Made by a program: the position numbers and the translations under genes
Notes under the pieces: generated by a model
What the model saw: only the letters and a program-made list of their open reading frames with translations
The model's database searches: none
What the model was told of the DNA's origin: nothing
Shown: positions 53,601-64,000 of the stretch, piece after piece
Layout of the letters: each line of letters starts with the position of its first letter
Numbering within the stretch: the first letter of the stretch is position 1
Assembly (NCBI GenBank): GCA_046563655.1
Contig: CM102289.1
Span: 5,456,001 to 5,520,000, forward strand
Source: Yuukianura sp. NJ FZ-2021
Taxonomy: Eukaryota
DNA length: 64,000 bases
Direction of reading: 5' to 3'

Positions 53601-56600
53601 CAAAGCACCAACTTTAACATTTTTTACTTTGAAAAGAGTCATGCGTTTTAACTTTTCCAATTTCAAACTAAACTAAGCGTTAAACTGGAACTAAAAATTT
53701 TGAAAACCACCAGGAAAAAGTTTCGTTACGAAGAATTTCAGGCCCAAATTACAAAGTAAAAAGCTCAAATTTGAAATTCCCTCGTCCAATTTTCTTGAGC
53801 TTTGGAGAAAGTGTCAGATGAGAATGAGATTAATCCAAAATTAATTGGGTGCTAAAGTGATTTAAGTCCAAGAACAAAGTAAATGACTTAGCAATTAAGT
53901 TCCAAAAATTAAGTCCATTAAGCTCCTCTGTCTAAAGTCTCTGCGTCTCATCTTCCACTTTTCAACTTTAAGCCCCGCCCATTTCCAAATGAAAATGTTG
54001 AACAAGTTTATTTTTCAATTTTTTTTTCAAACTAAAACTTTCTCCCGCTGCCGCTTTTCCTTTTTCTCTCAGCCTCGTTCTAAGTGAAAGTTAATAGAAT
54101 TTTTGGGCTTAGAGCAAAGTTATAACGAGGACTTTGTAAGCCGCCCACTCAATTTTCTCGCCGCTTTCTACTTACTGCACAACAAAATATCCAAAAATTG
54201 GACAAAGAATAAAACATCGAGGCGAGAAAAAGCTTATTACCATTTTAACAAGAATTTTTTGTCAACTTTTTCTATTATGCCTAAAGTTTTCCCGCCCTTT
54301 GGAAAAAATTGAAAGAAAATTATTATTAAACTAACGCCTACCTTTACCTTATTATCTTTTCAACATAAAATTCATCTTCCCCAGTCCTCAAGCCCTTTTA
54401 GCTCCCCAAATGCTCTTTAGCAATAAACTTTACTTTCTCCCGGGTTTAAATTTACATTTTGATTCGTTTTTACCCTTCTAAAATACGCAAGAACAAAACA
54501 GCTCACATTGTTCCCGCCTTAAACTTTTTATTTCCTATGAAAACTCGTTTTGTAAAACCAAACAAATGGAAACCCGCACAACAATCATTCATTTTTCTCA
54601 GCCCGACTTCCCGCGAAAATTCAATTACTCAATTCTAAACAAAATACTATCGGCTAAAAATATTTTTTACTATTTGAGAAAAAATTTCAAGGCGCCAGCC
54701 AAATAGCTGTTAGGTTATGCAATTTTCTCTCGTCACGTTTGTCTTTTTACAATTCAGCGGTTTTTTAACTTGAGAAAAAATCATTTCAAATATGCATTTT
54801 AGTAAAGTGTATACTTGGGCTGCAAATATTATATTTGCTTTGTGTTGGAGTTGGTAAGTTAAAGTTGGGTTTAGGTTATTATTGTTGTCTGTTGATGGAA
54901 GAACAAAGGAAACTAATTTGAAAACCTACGCTCCATTAAACGTTTTTTGTGTTCAACCTTAAGGCTTTAACCTGTTCGCAAAAGAAAGTCTAATGGAATC
55001 TAATGAAATGAAGATGAAAGAGCGTAAGATGTCCCATCTTAATACCGGAAAGCTCCTAATATTTATTTCCTCCCGCCCGCTTTCGGACCCAGATGACATA
55101 AGCCCCCTTGAATCGAAAAATCCCATCACATCAAATTTTCCACCTTCCGCTCCCGCTCAGCCTCCATTTTGAATTGGAACCAAAAGTTCAAGCTCTCGCC
55201 ACCCAAGCTCCAAAACATGTAATTTTTCGTGGGAAATTCCTCATGATCGGGATCAAGACTTGATCTTGATCTATTTCCTTAACTCTCTCTCTCTTTCTCT
55301 TCCCAGTTTTTCTCCAATACCCGAATTTTGTGGCTAACGATCCGAAAAGCGGGATTTGGAGGAAGTTGTAGCGAAGAAGAAGAGCGATGATGATGACATT
55401 AGGCAGTTTGAAAGGAGCAGCCGCTGGAACCACTGATCATTCCATTTAGACCGTCCAATAACTGTGGGAAACCCACCAACTGCTTTCTCCATTATCCCAC
55501 CTTAAGCCCTCTACCACACTCAAAATACTCCAAATTACTTTCACCACCACATTAACACTCAAACCAACCACAATTCAACACAAATTAGCTCCCTAATATT
55601 CCACAATAGCCTTCTTTACCACAAAAAAAGCATAATTTAACCATAAAAACTTCATTCAATGAAAAAAAGCTAAACATTTCGTTTCAAAAAACGACAGCTC
55701 ATAAATTAACCAAGATTTCACTCTCATAATTTATGAGTCCTTGGCCTTTTGTAGAAAAAAAGCAGAAAAAACCTTGCGTTGCAACTTTTTAAAGTTTTGT
55801 TTAAAAAATTTCTAAAACAGAAAAAAGAAACATGCAATTTTCGTATTTTCTACCGACAAAATGATTTAACTGTCACAACATTTTTCATTTTCACTTCAGC
55901 AAACTAAAATTTTTCGACAACATTCAAAATGTTTAGTCAATATTTTGCATAAAATGAAGTAATACAAAATTCATGCAAAAATAAAAAAGAAAATTAGTTT
56001 TCAGTAAAAGTTTATAATAGATTTGTAGAATAACATAAAAACCGTTGACCTACAAAAGAAAATTTCGTGCGTTTTTGACATTAGGTCAAAACATAATTAA
56101 GGTGAACAAGACTTTTCATTTTGATTTGAGTGAATTTGTGAGCCCAAAGTTGCTAAAATTTTCTGGTTAAAAAACAATAAAAGTCACTTTGGCTTAAGTT
56201 GGGTCTTTTTGACACGGTTTAATAAACTTCCAGATAAAACGAGTAGCTCCAGAACGGAGCAGCGGGAAATGGACGATTGAGTCCAAAGATAAAATGGTAA
56301 TTGACTGGACAAATATCCCAATTCTCTACTTTCACTCGCTTTCACTTGGTCTATGCAGGGCATTCGAGGTAGAGCGTAGGAGTTAGAGGTCACTCCCAAC
56401 CCCAATCTAGTGTAAATTTTTCTTAAGTGTAATATTTTGATACGAAACGCGCTCATTTTAAACGACAAAATTCAAAACTGAGGACGAATTACTGCCAGAA
56501 CTCTTTTTGACATTTGATAACATCACCCCAACTCTCTTACTTTCTCAACCAAAACTTTGAATTTACGCCCAACATTAACTTTCCATTTACTTTCGCGTGA

Positions 56601-59600
56601 TTTCTGTAACCTAATAAATTCAAAATCTCATAGTATAACTCAACCTTAACTTAATGAGATTGTAGCCTTAATTAACCAAAAAAAAAAAGAGAAAAGTTGA
56701 CATGGCGGTAAAATTCAAATGTCAAAGCTGTCACAACGCCCCTTCTGCAAGAAACTTAAAGTGAAATTTGATAAAATGCGGAAAAAAGTAAGTTCACTTC
56801 AAAGCATAGCTGAATGTGAGAGTAGGCTTTAAGATTATTAATTTTCGAAATTAAAATTTTGAAATTTCCCGCCGTTCCAAAACTTGGAAATGAGAAGTAA
56901 TTGAGTTGAACATGTTGAAAATAAAGGTTTGTGTTCTTCTAATTGTTAATTGAGTTAACATCAGAGGAAATAAGAAGTTGCTAATGGAATAAATGGTGAA
57001 CCCCTGCGGCGTTTTGAGCCAAATTCCAGCTCTTTTCAGTTACAAAATTGAATTAAAAGTAAAAAGCAAAAGAGAAAGCTATGGCGGAAGTTTAATTCGT
57101 AGAGAAGCGTCTTATAGTTTTTTTGAAAGTTCTGTGCCTTTTCAAACTTTCAAAATTTCCAAATGAAAACGAGCAGTTTGATAACTCAGAAAAGTTGTTT
57201 TATTACTTTTTGAGTAAATAAAAGGATTGAAATCAAGATTCAATTTGACTGGGTGCATGCAATCCATTCATAATCCAAAAAACCACCAAAAGGCAGACAT
57301 AGATAAGGTCTAACTAATTCTCTGAAATCAGGACTTTCACTGCTTTCACTCCGCAGGAAAAAGTTAACATTTGAATTAACCTCAATTTTTATGCCGCTAC
57401 TTTTTTTCAGAGCGTACTTTACTTTTTGTGGTTTACTTGATAAATCACTGCGGAGTTGAAATTATATCAGTCATAAAATTGGTAAGAAAATTAAGATTGA
57501 GTGGTTTCAAACTATTAGTCAAATGCTAAAAGTAGACGCATTCATCATCCAAAAAATCAGACAATAAGCACAAAAAATTCAAGATAAGAACTACATTTAG
57601 TGCTTCAACGGGTAGCCCAGCCTACAACAATTTGCTCAACATGCAAAAAGATCAAAATTCCTATAAACTCTTTTTCAACTTGGATATGTCAAAGCAATTT
57701 CACCTTTACATTTTTTGGTCCGATTCTTTTTTGAACTAATTGTTGTTGACCAAAAAAACATTGTGATTGAACCGTATGACTGGAAATACACGCTCTCCCT
57801 TCAACTTTGAAAAAAAATTGATTTAGAAAACTCTATTTTTCACCAGCAATATGTTTAGCCTTGGCTCTAAAAGAACTTCCGGATCCAATTATTTTGTGTA
57901 GACTCCGAGTCTCTCCTATGACCGATTGTTTTTAAGCCTCATGCACTCCCATTTTTTTTGTACCGTTTAATAAAAAGCCTGAAAAAATGCTCGTTATACT
58001 CATAACACGTATAGTCTGTTTAGCAACTCAAGGATCAAGAGACTTGCGTGCGTGTTTGAATCAAGAAGTTGAACAAGTTTCTCTTCTAATATCGTTTCAA
58101 TATCCATAAACCTCAAGTAAACTGAGGAGAAAATAATAATCAAAAATAATATACTCTGTGCTGAAGACCTTTTGATTAATAAGTTTCAAATCTCCGCGCT
58201 GCAGTTCCACCTTTGTCTTATCTGCACGCCAAATCTCAACTGTTTCTCCCCACTTCGATCTGTTGGAAAGCCTAACATAAGGTGTGGGCAAGGCTTAACT
58301 GAAATAATTATTAAGCAAGGTTCAGTTCCTGAAGAAAAGAGGAAACCCTTCATTAAATTAGGCACAAACAGAAACACTTTTGGATGGAGAATACTAAGTA
58401 GCAAAATCTTATCTTGCTCAATTAAAAACCCGTTTTGACTTCCCCACACTCCCGCGCAAATTTTCCAGAATTCAAAATCTGACATTTCAAAATGTTTTTG
58501 GTTGAAATTTAGGCCAGAGACGATTGTCCTGCTTGTAATTAAGTCCAAATTAAGGCAAGATCACTCCGCCTTTTATGAGAAAATAATTGAGACAGGATTT
58601 CCTTAATTCTCAAAGAACGTTTGTGCGAGGTAGAAGGAAGTATTAGAAAACACTTTCAAAAACGAAGCGCCAAAAACACGCAATGCTTTTCAAAATTTCT
58701 CCACATTTTGCAAATTTTGAAATATTTCCACAGCCATATTTCATACTTTTGGGTTTCTGACAATTAAATTCTAATCTAAAGCCCGATTCTCACAAACATT
58801 TTTTTGCTCGCGAAAATTTACCTTTTTTTTGTGAAAATCGTTGTTGTATTTTGGTTACCTGAACTCTGACTTCTGGTAAGTTGACTTTCATTGCCAATTC
58901 TTCACGACTGTATACATCTGGATAGTGGGATTTTTCAAATGCTCGTTCCAATTCATGGAGTTGGTAAGTGGTGAAAGTAGTGCGATTTCTGCGATGTTTC
59001 TTTTTCGTTTCTCCGCTTCCCCCACCACCTCCAGTGGACATGTCTCCAGGTCCAGGCGACGTACTTCCCCCCTCGTCATCTTCTCCGTCGTCCCCCTGAC
59101 CATCCCCACCCCCTCCACCCCCAAAATCCGACGAAGTGTCGGACAGGGAACTTTGAATTTTCGTTCTTCCGCCACCACCACCACCATAATCTCCTCCTTC
59201 ATCTCCTGAGTGCTGTTCTGTAAAAATATGAACAGAACAAAAAAAATCATTTCTGGTTGTTCCTAATTCACCTTTTCAAAAAATGTTCAATCAACCGTAA
59301 CATCACACAAGAACCAAAGAAAAAACCTCTCAAAATTTCAACAACGTCCATTAGCCTTTACTTTTTTTTCAAGTGTGTACCGTGGGCTTAATCTTGACAA
59401 AAAAAAGTCTTTACAGAATTTGAAACAAAATAGAAAAAAGTTTCTTTTGCAAATCTTTCAAGCAAAAGTAAAAACTTTTTCATTTCTTCTCCTGAGAGTA
59501 AGTAATTTTTGCTTCGCTGAGGTCGAACAACCAGAGGTGAGATAAACACAATAAATTTTAGTATAAAGTACAAGTTTAATAAAAATTAAATTCACATTCA

Positions 59601-62600
59601 GGAAAGCATAACATCTAATTATTGGGTTCAATTTAATTATAATTTACAGCAGTTGCTTAGAACCTCGCGTGTTTAGAACACGGAAAAGAAGAAAAGTAGA
59701 AGAATATAATTGAAAACTGAAAAATGGAATTATAAATATGTAAGTGTTGAGGAAGACAATGAGAAGTTTGTTTTTGAGTTATTGAAGTATAAGATGGTTA
59801 AATTAGATAAGAAAAGACAAAAGATTATGTTATGTTACGGATAGTCATACTTCAAGCAATTACTCACGACAAATGAAATATTCGTGCTCTTCATCTTGAT
59901 AAAAATAGTTTCCAGATTCCAAAAACTCAACAAATAACTACTGTATTATTCGTCGAAGTTCCTCAGTCTATAATTTCAAAAAAATGGTTCACAAAACCTA
60001 ACGTAATATAAGCACTACCTAACTTAATAACTTACCTAAACCTAACATGTGAACCATGAAGTGTGCCAATTCAACTGTTAAAATAACAAAATTCCAAAAA
60101 ATCCTTCTCACTTAACGCTAGCTTAATCAAGCTAACATTAATCCAACTTAACGAAAACTTAAAGTAAAAGCTAAGTAATCGAGACAAACCTTTGCGATAA
60201 ACAAATATCAAGTTAATGTTGGTAGTTTGCCAAACTAAGCCAAATTTAACCACGTTAAACTGGCGTGATCAACCGGAATTGTTCAAAAATTTACGCGGGT
60301 GCTAATTTGCAAACGTTTAGAGTTGTGCACCTATGGAAATTAGTAATTTTCATTTAAACGGGCAATTTAAAATGAAAAACTTGTTTTTGACGCACATGCG
60401 CTTAATTTGAGAACAAGTTGTTCTTCGTTGGTGGTAAAGTGGTAAATACAAATTGTATTGAAATTATCCTTGGCCATTTGTAAATTTTTAATGACAACAT
60501 GGGAACAAACAAGTATACTTTTATTTAGTCCTACTTTAGAAATTTGGAGCCTCCCGATCGCATGACGAAGGCGAGAAAGTGGATTCCATGGAATATGGAT
60601 GAAATAATTGTGTGTGGATCTAAAGTGTGGCTCAATTACAATGATTAGTTTCAATTCAAAGTCCAATGTAAAAAAAGAAATACGGAACCATGTAATTTTA
60701 TTTGGATCAATTTCCATTTCCACTCTTTTACACAAAAACGTCACCACACCAATCCATCCGCACGAATTCTAAAAGACAAAAGACTTGTCACGCAATTATT
60801 CCCTGGAACAAACAAGCGCCACTTTCAAATTCAAAAAGGAACATTTTTTTATTCAAACAATTTTGAAATCGATTGTTTTCTTTAGGGATTGATTAATTTT
60901 GAAGATAAATGCCGAGCGAATTGACATGAATCCTGGCGGTGCACACGTCTATAACATAAGCCCAGGAAGATTTGAATTTTGAAAAAACGCGGGAATTGGC
61001 TGTCCCTGGGTTCCATTTTCCTTTGCATAGTTAAATTTAACAAATAGATTTCTAATCTAATTTTTCCTTTCTCTTCAAAAGCTTCAAAAATGAAAGCATG
61101 CAAAGGGGGTTTATGTTCCCCATAATCTCATTAAGGCTCTCACGCAGTCAACTGCCCTTTTGCATGGACGAAAAGCGCGCGAGGGCTTTTTAAATTTAAC
61201 AAGCATCTTTAAAATTTAATTTACAATTCCCGCCAACTTCAAAGTTTAAATTTTAAAAACGCTCAGTTCATTAAACATTTCACTAAAGTTAAAACTCCAA
61301 TTTAAAAATTCAACAACTTTTAATACTGAATGTCCGACAATGCCAGGTTAACGCGCATGACGAAATTAAAAAAAATACGACTGATTTAAAAAGAGTAACT
61401 TCAATCAAAATGGTGTTCGTAACAACTAAAATGTCGCAACTAACGAAATGCCAAAAACGCACTATAAAATCACACCTTTTAAGTTGGACGCTGGCGAAGG
61501 GCCCACGGTAAATGGATTTCATAAATTTTAGTAGGGCAAAGTGCGGGCCCTTAAGTCCACTGATCACTTCAAATGGAAGTGGCGGGAGTTTTTTGAAAAA
61601 GGCCGCCAGAAGGGTTTTGAGGTTGAAGTGCAATGAGGCGATTAATGATGGATTTCTGGCCCCTGCCAAAAAATTTAAGTACCCCCTAACAGTACTTTTT
61701 CCCTTTTAAATCCCAAACACCAAAAACACAGAAGAAGATGCGGAATAACACAAATTCTGGCACCATGGAGTGGTTTAAATCCCAAAACAAAGGGAGCAGC
61801 CCTTCGTACCCTTAATGGAAACTCCACTTTACAAAAGATCACATCTCTAATTCTTCTTTTTACTTTTAGTATAACCTAATCACTTTAAAAAAACAGGGAA
61901 TTAACACCTCTTCTAAACTCAAAAAAAAAATCTGAAGTTACGAAAAGCATCCGAATTTGTCTCTTTGAAATTCAAAATATCAAAATCCCATTAAAAAAGT
62001 TTGCGATCTACTAAAGTGTGTTTATGAAATGTTATCTGAGGAAAATTCTGAAATGTAAGAAAAAATTGGAAAAACCTGATTAAATTTTTTGAGTTAAAGT
62101 GGTTCTGTGATGGTTTTGACATGGTTTGGAGTCCATTGTGTGTGGACTAATTGACATGTGAGGTGCTAAAGGTACAAATGTTGTGATGGTCTAATAATGA
62201 AGTACATTTTCAGTTCATCAGTCACTCAATCTTTGGTTTGTAACAATGGTTTTAAGGGCCTCCATCAGCTCCTGGGCAGAGATCTCTTAATTTACTCCTT
62301 CTTTATCTCTTCTGATCAACCCACCACCCCAGGAGCCAACAAGTACCGTAAAACTTCTGTTAGCAGACATTAGGCCCTTAACCCCAAACCTCAACTTATC
62401 TACAATAACAATACGCGATAAAATATTTTGGGATATGCGTGCCCGGGTTCGAGCAGAGCTTTTACTTGAAGCTTTACGGTACCGTGAAGTGCTTTTGGTC
62501 AATTATTGTGATAAATCCAATCCGCCTTCTGCAGCCAACAATGGACTCAAGACACACGCTCCGACTTACGGCACTCACTTGAGCCTTAATTAATGCACCT

Positions 62601-63536
62601 TTAATTAACACGGCATCAAAGCCACCTCAAGCCTAATTCAAAAGCTGTCAATCAAAGTGGCTCTTAACACCTCCATTAGGCAAGACACAAAACAGTTACT
62701 CACTTTTTCCGTGACTAATTCACACTGATTTACATCTCTAAAGCCTCAATTAGAAAAAATTAATTGCAATTATTACACTTGAGAACAATGCTTGTTAATT
62801 AAGTGCTTTCAAACGGTATTTGTGCAAAATATAAAAAATAACGTGATTAAATTTCAATTAACCATATTTAAAATTTCAAAATCAATTTACAAAATGTTGG
62901 CTAAAAGTTTACTCTTGTCGATTTGAATAAAAATCAAGTTTGGTACAACCGCTTGAGTAAATTTTAGTTTTTTTAATGACATTTTTTTTAAATTCTGTTT
63001 AAACATATTTATTTACCTGTTTCTGGTGAGTGAATATTTGCCTTGATTTTGCGTTTCAGAGGTCGGCTTCGTTCACTTTCACTTCCCGCCTGATGATGAA
63101 TAGACTTGAGATCATGACTTGGCTGACCCGAACCAAAATTTCCATAGCCGCTTAGGTGCCCAAACTGGGCAAGTCGCAAATTGGATGCTGATGATCCCGT
63201 TCCATTCAAATGCCCACTTTCACATGGGTGATGGTGGTGGTGGTTGTGCAAGTCGTAGAATCTGTTGTTGTGACCATAAATTCCAGTGCCGACGTGCGGT
63301 GCGTCATTGTTGTTGTTCTGGAGAAAGTGGTGGTGAAAGGCTTTTTCAGCACTGGCTGCTCTAATTCCCAGAATAGCGTCAATCGAGTGCAACTGCGACG
63401 CAGTATTTGTAGACGACGAATTGGACTGCGTCTGGGAAACGTTGCTGGAATTTGAATTTGGGCCGCTTTTAATCAACAAATGGCTTTTGAGATCTTCCGG
63501 CGTAACTCTACCCGATACGATACTGTCCACGGCCAT
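47606..63536 (-). CDS. Rx: Retinal homeobox protein Rx (Rax), about 482 aa
   Basis: Exons 63536-63017, 59217-58859, 48175-47606 (1449 nt, phases 1,0). Octapeptide LHSIDAILG; homeodomain [62 protein letters not shown]; Rx-type region DPWL...[20 protein letters not shown]-terminal OAR domain [16 protein letters not shown]. The homeodomain is split by a 10.7-kb intron. Confidence 0.96.
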
Positions 63537-64000
63537 TTTCGAAAAAGTTTTTTTTAAAGACTTGAAATTTCCAAATCCTTATGCTCGGGGCAATAAGCTT
63601 AGTCTGTGTGACAGGAGTTTAATAAAATTCGGATTAACCCTTTCCAGGAGGAACTCTTACGAACTGAAGTGGTTGAGAGAGTGAATGGGCAACTTTTCTG
63701 GAGCGGTGAGTTTAAATCTCTAGTTTTTGTTGGGGAGAGTAAATGAGAAAGGGGAAAGGTTTTCGTTCGTGGGCTACTGGTTACTTGGAGCGACAAAAAA
63801 GTGGTGGAGGTAGTTGGGATCGAACGCTCAACGGCTTCTCGAGTGGTGGGATTTTCAAATCTGAAAGCGTCTCCTCCTTGAATACAGATGTAGCTTGGGA
63901 AGCATAAGGATTCACCACACTGTTGAACCGATTCCTTCGTTCCTACGTAAACTCCGACCACTTTCTGACTTGGACACTGGGAAAGGTGGAGTTTGGAGGG

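Noticed and set aside
58859..59250. Apparent frameshift in Rx exon 2 (two overlapping ORFs in the track)
   Set aside because: Manual translation from the acceptor at 59217 reads in frame into the homeodomain; there is no frameshift.
1..64000. CRISPR arrays, tRNA/rRNA genes, transposase or reverse-transcriptase ORFs
   Set aside because: No regularly spaced direct repeats, cloverleaf or rRNA-like segments, or long TE-like ORFs found by eye.

Overview
Eukaryotic, AT-rich, intron-containing DNA from an arthropod (probably pancrustacean/hexapod; inferred from gene content only). I hand-spliced seven protein-coding genes, all with GT-AG introns and consistent phases: (1) a 5'-partial two-Ig cell-surface Dpr-family gene most like dpr13 (+, 2180-16127); (2) a small 3-exon secreted beta-trefoil/ricin-B-like (QxW) gene that the ORF track shows only as fragments (+, 22390-23041); (3) lingerer/UBAP2(L) (-, 29333-24544); (4) mRpS16 (+); (5) COX5A (-); and two tandem PRD-class homeobox genes, (6) homeobrain (-, 39318-34276) and (7) Rx (-, 63536-47606), which are two members of the ancient hbn-Rx-otp cluster. 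The main unexplained signals are: a strongly over-represented, often palindromic G[AG]GCCCTT(AAGGG) motif almost confined to the hbn/Rx non-coding domain; a stem-loop in a dpr intron that pairs the acceptor and donor of a candidate in-frame 48-nt microexon; CTCF-like sites around the central housekeeping block; and a 35-bp inverted repeat in the lig/mRpS16 divergent promoter. I found no rRNA, tRNA, CRISPR array or autonomous transposon. All homology calls come from recalled family motifs, not database searches.
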